Both the position numbers and the translations under genes were made by a program. The notes under the pieces were generated by a model. The model was given only the letters and a program-made list of their open reading frames with translations, was not told where the DNA came from and did no database searches. From Heterodontus francisci (Eukaryota): a DNA stretch of 64,000 nt. Numbering within the stretch: position 1 is the first letter of the stretch; every line of letters starts with the position of its first letter. Of this stretch, positions 13,360-24,450 are shown piece by piece. The stretch spans positions 100,247,141-100,311,140 of the forward strand of contig NC_090377.1 in NCBI RefSeq assembly GCF_036365525.1, written 5' to 3'.

Positions 13360-13475
13360 ATTATATTATAATGTTTCATTTTTACAGGTGTTTAAATAGC
13401 TAGGTATTGAGAGGAATAAGACTACACAGACATCTCCCCCATCTCCCATTCAAAATAGCTGTCTCACCTTATAAT

Positions 13476-13970
13476 ACTTGTATTTATTTAGCACATTTAA
13501 TGTAGAAAATAAGTCCCAAAACATTTTAGAGGTGTAAGGAAAAATTACATTTTGAGCCAGAAAAAGGAAATATTAGGAGGTGTGATGTAAATATTGGTCA
13601 AAGAACTGGATTTTAAGGAGGTCATAAAAGAGGAAAGGCAAAGTGATTTAACCAGGGAATCCCAGAGCATGGAGCCTAGGTGGCTTAAGGCAAAGTGCCA
13701 ATGGTGGGACAAAGGGAGGGGAGGGGTTCTGGTCAGTCACAAGAAGTCAGAATAAGAGAAGGAGGGAGTTTTCAGCATTGGAGGGCTGCAGGAAGTTACA
13801 TAAATAGAGAGGGGGGAATCCATAAATCGATTTCAATATGAGAACGATAATTTCAAATTTGAGTCATGGAGGCACTGAGAACCAATGTAGGCCAGAGAGG
13901 ATAGGGATGAGCAGCACTTGGTGTGAGTTAGGATACAGGCAGCAGAGTTTTGGATGAGCTGAAGTTTACA
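13476..13970 (-). mobile_element. L2-like LINE 3' remnant
   Basis: KLQLIQNSAACILT..IGSQCLHDSNLKL resembles the L2 ORF2 C-terminus. The tail TAAATGTGCTAAATAAATACAAGT is similar to the Deu-SINE tails in this window. Confidence 0.6.
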
Positions 13971-14399
13971 GTGAGTTTCCACAGATGGCATTTCCATTGT
14001 TTCACCTTCACACAAAGCAATGTGTTCCACTGTGTGTAGTGCCCTTAGAACCATCAATCCCATTCCTAACATGGGATTCATGGTAAGTATTGACTACAAA
14101 GTGAATATCTACAGATATATGCTGATAAAGCATAGTGATAGAAAGTAACAAATGAAAGAAAGGTAAGAAGGAAAAGCAACAAGTAAAGGGAGATGATAAA
14201 AAAAGAGAAACAAATGTTCACATTTTTTGTTATGCAAAAAATCACTTGTCTAGTTCCCAGTGCAAATAACTTAATATTATTTAGTGTTATTTACTCTGAC
14301 TCGATGACAGATAGCACATTAGTTGTGCATGAATCCATATACAACTTCATTGGTAATTGCTCACTTATAGCCACACTCAGCTCTTTGCATAAACAGGTA

Positions 14400-16405
14400 C
14401 TGATATTCAGTGCCAGGAGACAGTGCAGTGAGCATGCTTGGAACAGCAAGAGGCGTACCTACAAATGAGGTGCTAACCTGGTGAAGCGACAACATAGGAC
14501 TACGTGCATGCTGAGCAACGGAAGCAGCATGCTGTAGATAGAGTTAAACGATCTCACAACCAAAAATCAGATTGAAGTTCTGCAGTCCTGTCACATCCAG
14601 TTGCAAATGGTGGTGGACAATTAGACAACTAATGGGAGGAGGCGGCTCCATGAACATACCCATCCTCAATGATGGGGGACCCCAGCACGTTAGTGTAAAA
14701 AACAAGACTGAAGTGGTTGCAACCATCTTCAGCCAGAAGTGCCATGTGGCTGATCATCTCGGCCTCCTCCTGAGGTCCCCAGCATAACAGGAGCCAATCT
14801 TCAGCCAAGTCGATTCAGTCCATGTGATATCAAGAAGGATCTGAGTGTACTGGATACAGTATAGACTATGGGTGCTGACAACATCCCGACTGTAGTGTTT
14901 GACATTTGTGCTCCAGCACCAGCTGCACCCCTAGCCAAGCAGTTCCAGTATAGCCACAACACTGGCATCTACTCGACAAACTGGAAAATTGCCCAGGTAT
15001 GCACCGGTCACAAAAAGCAGAACATATGCAATTCAGTCAATTACCACTCTATCAATCTACTTTCAATCAACAGCAAAGTGATGAAAGGTGTCGTCGACAG
15101 TACTATCAAGCTGCACTTACTCATCAATAACCTGCTCACCGATGCTCAGTTTTGGTTCCGCCAGGACCACTTGGCTCCATTTCTTATTACAGCCTTGGTC
15201 CAAACATGGACAGAAGAGCTAAATTCCAGAGGTGAGGTGAGAGTGACTGCCCTTGGCATCAAGGTAGCATTTGACCATGTGGGGCATCAAGAAGCCTGAG
15301 CAAAATTGAAGTCAATGAGAATCAGGGGAAAACTCTCCATTGGTTGCAGCCATAACCAGCACAAAGAAAGATGGTTGTGGTTGTTGTAGGCCAATCATTT
15401 CAACCTCAGGACACCACTGCAGGAGGTTCACAGGGTAGTGTCCTAGGTCCAACCATCTTTGGCTGCTACATCAATGATCTTCCTTCCATCATAAGGTCAG
15501 AAGTGGGGATGTTTGCTGATAATTGCAGTGTTCAGTTCCATTCATAATTCTTCAGATAATGGAGCAGTCTGTATTCGCATACAGCAAGGCCTGGACAACA
15601 TTCAGCCTTGGGCTGATAAGTGGCAAGTAATATTTGTGCCACACAAGTGCCAGGCAATGACCATCTCTAACAAGAGTGTCCAGCCACCTTTTATTGGCAT
15701 TAAATGGCACTGTCATCACTGAATTCTCCACCATCAACATTCTGGGGGTCACCATTGACCAAAAACCTAACTGAACGAGCCACATAAATACTGTGTTACA
15801 AGCGCAGGTCAGAGGCTAGGAATTCCGCACTGAGTAGCTCACTTCCTCACTCCCCAAAAGCCTTTCCATGATCTGCAAGGCACAAGTCAGGAGTTTGATG
15901 GAATACTCTCCACTTATCTGAATGAGTACAGCTCCAACAACAGTCAAGAAGCTTGACACCATCCAGGTGCCTGTTTGATTGTCACCACATCCATTACCTT
16001 AAACATTCACTCCCTCCACCACAGGCGCACAGTGGCAGCAGTAAGTACCATGCACAAGATACACTGCAACAACTTGCTAAGGCTTCTTCATCAGCACCTT
16101 CCAAACTTGTGAGCTCTGGTGCATAGAAGGACAAGGGCAGCAGGCGCATGGGAACATCACTAACTGAAAGTTCCCCTCCAAGTAACACACCATCCTGACT
16201 GGGAAATATATTGCTGTTCCTTCATGGTTGCTTAGTCAAAATCTTGGAAGTCTCTAACTAAGAAAACAGTTGGAGTAATTTTGCCACACAGAGTGCAACG
16301 ATTCAAGAAAGTGGCTCACCATCACCTTTTCAAGGGCAATTAGGAATGGACAATAAATGCTGCCTTTGCCAGCGCCACTCACATTCCACATGCGAATAAA
16401 ATAAT
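14400..16405 (+). mobile_element. Non-LTR retrotransposon (CR1/L2 group) RT and 3' end, decayed
   Basis: MGADNIP, WKIAQV, NYHSINLLS..SKVM, QFWFR, IKVAFDHV, QGSVLGPTIF, MFADN (RT domain 5) and WADKWQV. The 3' UTR ends GAATAAAATAA. Confidence 0.9.
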
Positions 16406-17570
16406 AACTCTACTTACAGATTGGTTGTCCCATTTTATCAGTATTTTCTATTTTTAGCACCACTTCGGAGTGATGTCATAAAGTGCAGCTTGTGAATATT
16501 TAGAAGATATTTTGATTGCATAAATAGCATAATTCTATGCTGTGCAGTTTTCCAGCAACCTTGAGGGATGCTGTGTTTGCACGAGTTGCTGATCCAACAA
16601 TCTGTGACATTTTAACGAATGTAATGCTTGTTAATATTTTGTGCATGTCTTATGGCACCCAATCCAAGCTAGGTAAAGCAATCCCTGGACAGGCATAAAG
16701 GAGTCCTAACACATGGCAGTGTAATTCCAAACAGAAGGCACTTTGCCATCACTTTATTGCATGATTGTATCATATTTTTAGTCATTATTTAGGAAAATGC
16801 TGCAACTCTGTCATACCATGTAGATTTAGTTCATAATTTGTGATCATGACTGCCAAATTTAAAAATAACACAGAACATTACGTTGCATAGGCTATGAATC
16901 CCAGGCGATACTGGTAGCTAAATTACAAGACATATCTAGAATTTAATGGAAGCAATCAACTGGAAAAAGAAGAGTTGTTAGAATTATTGCAGTCTGTTTT
17001 GAAGTGTTGCTAGGGTGATGACTGGCCAATGGCTTCAGTTAACCCATAAGTGCTGAATTTCCCTTCTAGTAATCACATTTGGCTCTAATATATAATGGTG
17101 AATTGAAGAGACACTGTTTTATAGCAATAGTGGTGTTAAACCAACTAGGTATAATAGGAAAATGCTATACAGACGACTTTTAAGATATTACAGAAATTTG
17201 TAAAAAGATCTTTGATGGAAAATGTGAGAAAGTAAAGTTGAAGAGAAAAACAGTGATAATATTCTCTCAATAATTAGATCTAAAGATTGTTATATATATT
17301 TACACATATTGATAAGTAAATGAACTAATTATACTGACAGATGATTTTGTGATTGGTTTCAACTGTATTGGAGTCCCTATTGAAATATAATTCTAGACTG
17401 CATATCTACTAATGAAATCTCAATTCTTCACTTTTCTGGCTCTGTTTCGACTATTCATCTCCTTGCAATGTGTCCCCATTCCTTCTAAAGCCTCTTAAAT
17501 TTCTCTAACCATATTGCTGCTCCTTTCATTGTTAATATACCAGCTGCAATTGGTATGAACTTCTCGTTAT

Positions 17571-18444
17571 TGTTACGACCAGGTGAGAAAGAGGTCTAGG
17601 GTTCCCTTTTAGCCTTCACCTGGTCTTATTGTATCAGGGTTTAAATTTTAAACACACCGTGTTTTTAAGCTCCCTCTTGGTGAATCCTTGTTCACCGCTT
17701 TCCAAATATAAGGCAAAGAAATCAGCACAACAGGCTTTCTCAGGTTTAAAGAAGAAAAGTGAAATTTTATTAAACTTAAACTCTGATTTGGTTAACACCT
17801 ACAGATACATGGCATGCCAAAGCTAGCATGCATTTGCAATAGACATATACAGATAGGGACAGATAAAAGCAGAAGAAATAAAGTGGAAAAGTTTGAGGCA
17901 ATATCTGAAGAGATTTTGTTACGTGTCTTCGAGCTCACTGTAGAGTCCTTGCTTGTAGTTAGATCTGGCTTTTCATTGGGGCCCAGTATTCTTCTTAAAC
18001 CTTGTTCACCATAGGAGACTTTTCTCTCTTGGGCTTCATGTGACTTCAGTGGATTTTTGAGTTCTGTCAGAAAGAGATGGGAGCAGACAGGAGAGGCTGT
18101 GGCAAGTCAGCCAGGAGAGTTCTTCTCAGTCCAGCAGCAAAAAGCTTTCTGCCAGTTCAAACACTGTCTCTCCAATTTAAAACTCTCAGTTCAAATTCTG
18201 CAGCAGCCAGTTAGTCATGTGATTAACTGGTCTGACCATATCTATTTGTGGATTATTTTTGAGCGGAGGATAGCTCCTTTGTTCCGAAACACTGTCTGTT
18301 AATATGCAAAAATGTTTTTCTAGCCAAGGGCCTGGCAACCGCTTGTAACAGGCCTTCTCTTCTTCCCAGCAACAATTTGAAATTTAATGTCCATGTGGCA
18401 AAATTAATGTGCCTGATCCATGGCAGGTGGGGGCCTGCATGACA
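17571..18444 (-). mobile_element. Solo LTR (Gypsy-type) with 4-bp TSD TTAT
   Basis: TGTTACG...CATGACA termini. TTAT at 17567-17570 and 18445-18448. Confidence 0.85.
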
Positions 18445-18747
18445 TTATTAACAGTGCTTGTAGTTATTACTGAAACATATATAAGAATATAAAGGCCTTC
18501 AAATTACCATGAGCAAACATCAGTGTACAGTGCTTAATGTGCTTGTATGCCAAGCTCTTGCTTCCCATTTTGTTGCAAACACAACTTTTTAAACAACAAG
18601 CCAAGGAATTTTATGTATATGAATGTGTTAAACATTTGCACACTGATAATTGCAGAGAGTAAGTTCAAGGCCAAAGAATGGAATAAAAAGAGGACATTCA
18701 GCCTGTATTTTTAAAGACCCTGCATAATTTACTCTTTCATAAACTCT

Positions 18748-19604
18748 TGTTATGATCCTGTTGCTTTTTATTATGGGAAATATGTGGTGTGTCTTTACGA
18801 CAGAAAAGGATCAGTACTGCTTTAAGACAGCCAGCTTCAGAAAGTGAATTTTGGTTGCCCCGGATACAGCCATTCAGAGACCGAGAACAGAATATACAAT
18901 GTTGCAATTGACTTTTGAAACTAGCTGAAAAACTGGCTTTTGCAGAGACAGTTGAGAGACACAGACGCAGACACAGACTGTTGTGCCAGCATGTACTGAA
19001 GGAAATAGGAGCTCTCTCCCTCGGTCTATTTAAACCCTATTTATTATACTCTGAGAATTCTGAAAAGTCAAGCCAGATTAATTCTTAAAAAAGAAGTGTT
19101 GATCGGTGTTCATCGCTGGAAAAGGAAGAGTGGCACTTCGGCTGCTGAACTGGACTGCTGGGTTTCCTATGGTTGAGGAACTTGTTTTTTCCCATCGGAC
19201 AACTGCAAAGACTTCAAGCAACCTTGGACCATTTCTACATGGAAGATTCCATTTCGGCTGGAGCGTAAATCTGCAAGGATTTTGTTACTTCTATTTTTAA
19301 CTGTTGTTTTATCTTAGTAGTGTTTAAGATTTTTTTTAGTTTTTTCTAATGAACTGTTAATTTGTTAATATCTAAAGATACCTGGTTTGGTTCGCCTCCT
19401 TCGGAGTGGAGGGGGGGTGGGGGTGGGGGTGGTGTTAATAGATTGTTCAATTCGGCTGTGGCTTTCTTTAATTTGGAAAGTTTAAAGTGATATGTTATGT
19501 GATCTGTGGAGTGACGGGACTGAATTGACAGCGCGTTGTTCCCACCACAATCAGAATCATATATTTTGATTGGGGGCTTTGTCTTGAGCAGTCGTGTCAT
19601 AACA
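18748..19604 (+). mobile_element. Solo LTR with 4-bp TSD CTCT
   Basis: Perfect 8-bp inverted termini TGTTATGA...TCATAACA. CTCT at 18744-18747 and 19605-19608. Orientation is tentative. Confidence 0.85.
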
Positions 19605-19694
19605 CTCTACCTTTGCTTTTTCTGCCTCACATTAAGGTAATTGAGTAAAAGTCCAAAATATATATCTAGCCTCCTTTAATCAACCTAGTTCAGA

Positions 19695-19890
19695 AGAAAA
19701 AACAGCAAATACTCTAAATCTGAAATAAAAAAACAAAAATTGCAATTGATGTGCATAGAAAGTGAAAAAAACAGCTTAATATTTCCATTCTCAAAACTGA
19801 TAAAGGCAGTTTACCAGAAACATAAGCCTAACACTTCCCAATATAGATGCTGAAAAAGTGCTGCTTTTTCCTGGAAATTTCTTATTTAAA
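19695..19890. mobile_element. Decayed Penelope-like remnant with degenerate hammerhead core
   Basis: CTGATAAAGG..CCAGAAAC at ~19797-19821, followed by AGATGCTG. Resembles the repeat ends of vertebrate Penelope-like elements. Confidence 0.35.
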
Positions 19891-20469
19891 CTGTTTTATA
19901 TGTCAGTATAAGACCTACTACATGCAATTTAGGGTACAGTGTGACAGGCCATAGTTAATATTTCTACTTGTGAGCTGATCTTAACCCACTTGTGGCTCCT
20001 CCAGTTGTGGATGAGCTAGTTTGCCTTATTCGAGGTGCTAGTTACTCTATATCATGGATTTCTGACAAGTTGTGACATGTCCTGATGAGTGAAGACAGAA
20101 TCATTAAGGAGGTAAGTATTTGAGGTGCCACAGTATAATAGTCTGTGGTTCATGGTGCATTCTCCTGGCATCCGATCACCCTGTTAGAATGTCCTTCAAG
20201 GCTAGAAACGGGGACAGGAGTGGCAGTGGAGGTGCGGGGGGCCAAAACATTGCTGTGGACGCGCTCGCCTGGAAACCTGACGTGACGTCGGTTCTGGATT
20301 TTGCCAGCGGCGAATGAACAGCAAGTTAGAATACATTTACATTGAATTGAAGCCAATTTTGTCACACCTTCTCCCCAGCTATTTAATGATGACACCACTG
20401 CCACAGGAAGGCAGCCATGGTGAGCAGTGGAGAGGGGAGGAAGGGAGAGCAGAGGCCATTGTTGGGCTG

Positions 20470-21035
20470 TGGTGCTGTGATCTCAGCAAGGGTGGGTGCA
20501 GTCTCAGGTGCTGGGATCTCTGTAAGGGTGGGCACAGTCTTGGGTGCTGTGATCTCAGCAAGGGTGGGCACAGCCCCAGGTGCTGGGATCTCGATAAGGG
20601 TGGGCACAGTTTTGGGTGCTGTGATCTCAGCAAGGGTGGGTGCAGTCTCAGGTGCTGGGATCTTTGTAAGGGTGGGCACAGTCTCGGGTGCTGTGATCTC
20701 AGCAAGGGTGGGCACAGTTTCGGGCGCTGGGATCTCTGTAAGGGTGGGCACAGTCTCAGGTGCTGGGATCTCGATAAGGGTGGGCACAGTTTCGTGTGCT
20801 GTGATCTCAGCAAGGGTGGGTGCAGTCTCAGGTGCTGGGATCTTTGTAAGGGTGGGCACAGTCTCGGGTGCTGTGATCTCAGCAAGGCTGGGCACAGTCT
20901 CAGGCGCTGGGATCTCTGTAAGAGTGGGCATAGTCACAGGTGCTGGGATCTCCATCAGGGTGGGCACAGTCTCGTGTGCTGTGATCTCAGCAAGGATGGA
21001 CGCAGTCTCGGGTGCTGGGATCTTTGCAAGGGTGC
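20470..21035. repeat. 36-bp minisatellite, ~16 units, with 180-bp higher-order period
   Basis: Unit GGTGCTG(T/G)GATCTC(AGC/TGT/GAT)AAGGGTGGGCACAGTCTC(A/G). The 60-mers starting at 20641 and 20821 are identical. Confidence 0.95.
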
Positions 21036-21309
21036 AGCAAGGCACTCATGCATCCTCAGGAGTAAGTAGTAACAGGAAGGTCCTAAGGCAAGATCATGTC
21101 TCCCACGACAGCACGCAGGAGGTGCAGAGAATAGCTGGCCCGGGTCTCATACACCCAGTCTTTGTGGACCCCCTTGCCATGCAGCAGCGGCTCAGCGGGA
21201 GGGAGGGCCAAGATCTGGCCAGCCCCGCCAGTAAAGCTCTAATAGAGTGGCAGCAGCAGCAGCCACGCCAAGAAGGGCCTATCCTCAGCAGAGAGTGGAC
21301 TTGTCTGAA

Positions 21310-21724
21310 CTAGCTGCAAATGTCCAGCAGTGTCAGCGAGGACTACGGCTCTCCAGGGAGGCCATTATTGACTTATGCGCCACGCTGCAGGACAACCTAT
21401 GACTCATGTCCGTGACCCTGAAGATCACTGTGGCACTCAACTTCCACGCATCTGGCTTTTTCCAGGGATCCACTGGGGACATGTTTGGGGTCTCCCAGGC
21501 AGCTGCCCATTGCTGCATCAAGGAGTGACCAATGCCCCACTCGATAGGGCTGGCAACTATTGTGTTACCAGACCAACCCTGGCAGTCAGGCGGAGAGGGT
21601 CATCGGCTTGGGAGCTATTGCTGGATTCCCCCAGGTGCAAGGTGTCATTGACTGCATGCATATGGCCATCAAGGCTCACACGGAGTAGCCTACTGCCTTC
21701 ATCAACAGGAAAGGCTTCCATTCG
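21310..21724 (+). pseudogene. Harbinger (HARBI1-like) DDE transposase, N-terminal half
   Basis: CQRGLRLSREA, LKITVALNFHASGFFQGSTGDMFGVSQAAAHCCI, AGFPQVQGVIDCMHMAIKA, FINRKGFHS. Confidence 0.9.
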
Positions 21725-21841
21725 GATATGGGGATAGTGTGGGAATATGGCGCTGAGGTAGACAATCAGCCAAGATCTAGCATGGCGGAGAAGGCTTGAA
21801 GGGCTGAATGGCCTACTCTTGCCCTTATGTTCCTATGTTCT
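21725..21841 (+). mobile_element. CR1 3' UTR fragment
   Basis: GGATATGGGG...GAAGGGCTGAATGGCCTACTCTTGCCCTTATGTTCCTATGTTC. Confidence 0.8.
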
Positions 21842-22649
21842 GTGCTGCTGACACCAGAGGCTCGACATCAGCCTGGGACTCAGCATGGGCCAGACCTCCC
21901 ACAGTCCTCTGACTGTCTGTGGCCTCAGCTGTCTCAGCCTCAGCCAGCTGCCTGGGTGCTTTTGTGGTGTCGTCATCAGCTTGTGACCCTGAATCTAAGC
22001 CTGAGCACATTCCCATTGATATGAAAATATCTGTGCGGGTGGAGGATGCAGGGGAATGATGTGACGGTGCATCCTCCGACTGTTACTCCTCCTCCTCAGA
22101 GGTTGATGGCAGTGCCCCTGCTCCAGTGGCTGAGCTTGGCTCCGAAGTGCCATATCCTGCAGGAGAGAATGCAAACATTTGTGGATTAGGTTGTTCAGAT
22201 CGCCTCATGCCAACCAAGTGTGATGTGGATCTCTGGAAGTGTGGTGGAGGAGACATGAGCACAATAGGCTGAATTTTGTTATGAAGATGAGGGTCCTGGT
22301 GGCAGGCTGGAAGGTTGGCTCCACTTTGTAATTACACTGCCTGCCAAACCTTTAAAAGATGAGCTCCCATCTCCAAGAGCTGCCAGCCAGTTGGAAGGGC
22401 TGGCAGCTCTGCAGTATCGGCAGCACCATGGGAGCAAACCCCAGGAGAGGTGAGTGGGGTCGGGGTCACTGAGCCCATTCAGGCAGGGCCCAATGATGAG
22501 GAGGAGTGTGGGGTCAGTGAGGGTGGGGGACATCATCCTGGAGGGGGTGCAGGGTGGTGATTGCTGCCGAGGGGGTCCTCAGGGAGCCCTGGATTGCCCC
22601 AAAGGAGGGAGACCCCCCTCCCGTGACCAAGCTAGAAGGCCGCCAGGTT

Positions 22650-23416
22650 CCAACAAAGAATGCAGTTATGTTTTACAGACCAAGTAATTACAGAACCAGG
22701 AAAACAAGCTGTAAAAATAATGATAGCAATTGGAAATGAGGGATTTACACAGAATCAATACCTCTGGATTATCTGAACAGGACAAGAAAGATCCCACAAA
22801 GATATGGAAAGTGCTGGAAGGTCAACTCCGATTATGAGTGAATTTCAGAATTCTCCACCTGGAATTGATGTCCTGTAGGCAACAGCCACAGGAATCAATA
22901 GACCAGTTTGTCAGTAGATGCCATAGTAAGGGCAATGAATGTGGCTTCTCAGAAACTCAGCTGTCAGAGCGACTAATGGAGTTGGTGATTGTTTCAACAC
23001 CCATTGAAGCATTTCAGAAGGACCTCTTGGGGAAAATGAAAGGTCACAGCATCGATGCACTGATGGAAGATGGCAGGAAACATGAAGCCATTGTAGCTGG
23101 ACAACAGCACCTACAAGCACTAGGTGCAGCCAACAGTATCGGCACCATAACCAGGTTTAAAAAGGCAAGCAAGCTGTGTGGTAAATGTGGTAGGTCCCAC
23201 ACATGGCAAAATAGCCCTGCATTTCGAGACCTATGGAAGCGTGCAGTGCAAAAGGACACTGGACCTGCTTATGCGGGAATTCTGGCTCCGAAGACACAGC
23301 CAGAAATAATGGTCAGTTGCAAACAAACAGACAATAGGGCAACAGCAGCAAGGAAAGTGCCAGACACAGGTGTAAACGCAAGCCGATACACGAAATCCAC
23401 GGCAAAACAGACCTGA
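22650..23416 (+). pseudogene. Gypsy gag (capsid plus degenerate zinc knuckle)
   Basis: QQRMQLCFTD..IMIAIGNEG..DPTKIWKVLE, RQQPQESIDQFVSRC..ECGF (retrotransposon gag motif), CGKCGRSH knuckle. Confidence 0.85.
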
Positions 23417-23499
23417 GGCAAGACTCAAGAGAGAAGTAATTCTCAGTGAGAAGACAACTAAGCATTCCACATTGTGAACCTGACACATCATGTTGATGA

Positions 23500-23850
23500 A
23501 GTCAAACAACTGGATGCTTCAGCCACTTTCAGCATCATGTGCCCAAAGAAAGCTGGCAAACATACACTCAGGGTCAAGATTGACACTAGCTCTAGTGCAA
23601 ATATCCTCCCAGTCTGAATCCTCAAAGATATGTACTGGAGTCATTGGAAATCAATGATGCAACTGACAACTGCCAAACTATCTGCATACAATGGGCCTCC
23701 CATCCCTTGCAGTGGCACATTAACAATGCAATGCAGATATTGCAAGTTGACATGGAAACCACAAACGTTCTACCTAGTAGACACGAGCAGACCAGCAGTG
23801 GCAGAGCTACCAGTGTGTAAGGACCTCAATATCATACCATCCACAAGAGC
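23500..23850 (+). pseudogene. Retropepsin-type aspartic protease
   Basis: Frame +2 reads LRVKIDTSSSANILPV*..KLSAYNGPPIPCSG..FYLVD..LPVCKDLNII. The DT(G>S) active-site motif is present, with one in-frame stop. Confidence 0.85.
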
Positions 23851-23909
23851 AGTGCCAAGGGGAAATCTCCAAGGACCAGAACCCACTTGCAGACTCTGAC
23901 CAGCATCAA

Positions 23910-24317
23910 ATGGTGCAACAGCACAACTATGCCGTTCCTTCTCTTCTGCTCTCTAGAGAACTGCCAGCACCATAACAAGCCAGAACAGGTATCTCCATGA
24001 GACCAAGTACTCTTCCCCCAACATACCCTCAGCTTGAGCCCAAACCTTCAGACGTGGAGGATGAGGAGAGGCGAAGGACATGCAATGTCCTGAAGAGGCA
24101 GAGGAGGAATGAGTTGAAGCGTTGTCTGTTGGTTCTTCGGGAAGAGATGCCGGAACTTTCCAAGAATGGCAAGGCCTCCATTTTGAGACAAGCAACAGAG
24201 TATGTAAACAGGCTGAAGGCAGAACAACAGAAACTGAATGCAGAGAGGGAGAAAATTCAGAAAGAACAGCAACAGATGAGATGTGAATTCCCCGAGCAAG
24301 AGTTGTCAAACCACTGA
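23910..24317 (+). pseudogene. myc: Captured Myc-family C-terminus (QHNYA motif, NLS-like segment, bHLH-leucine zipper), N-Myc/c-Myc-like
   Basis: Frame +3 reads MVQQHNYAVPSLLLSRELPAP*QAR..PKPSDVEDEERRRTCNVLKRQRRNELKRCLLVLREEMPELSKNGKASILRQATEYVNRLKAEQQKLNAEREKIQKEQQQM. Compare N-Myc [55 protein letters not shown], and c-Myc RRTHNVLERQRRNELKR. One stop at 23973-23975. Confidence 0.93.
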
Positions 24318-24437
24318 GACGATTTATGGACTTCTGAGCCTCTATACCTGCAAACCCCACAATCTTTATCCATGTGTAAATAATTTTGATGTTATCCAAT
24401 GTTATGTGTTTTGCTTTTAGCATACGAGACCTCTTTT

Positions 24438-24450
24438 GAAAGAAGGGGAA
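24438..24450 (+). other. Polypurine tract
   Basis: GAAAGAAGGGGAA immediately before TGTTG. Confidence 0.85.

Noticed and set aside
20470-21035. CRISPR-like appearance of the 36-bp repeats
   Set aside because: The units are contiguous with no unique spacers, there are no cas genes, and the context is vertebrate.
21310-21724. Domesticated host HARBI1 gene
   Set aside because: It has stops, frameshifts and a truncation by a CR1 tail, and is paired with a decayed Myb/SANT gene as in ordinary Harbinger transposons.
23910-24317. The genuine host MYC/MYCN last exon
   Set aside because: It has no splice acceptor or upstream exons, lies between a retro-protease and a PPT/LTR, and carries a stop and basic-region substitutions.
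23910-24437. LINE-mediated processed myc pseudogene inserted by chance into a Gypsy element
   Set aside because: There is no poly(A) or TSD, and the whole of RT-RNaseH-integrase is missing exactly where myc sits. This is disfavoured rather than excluded.
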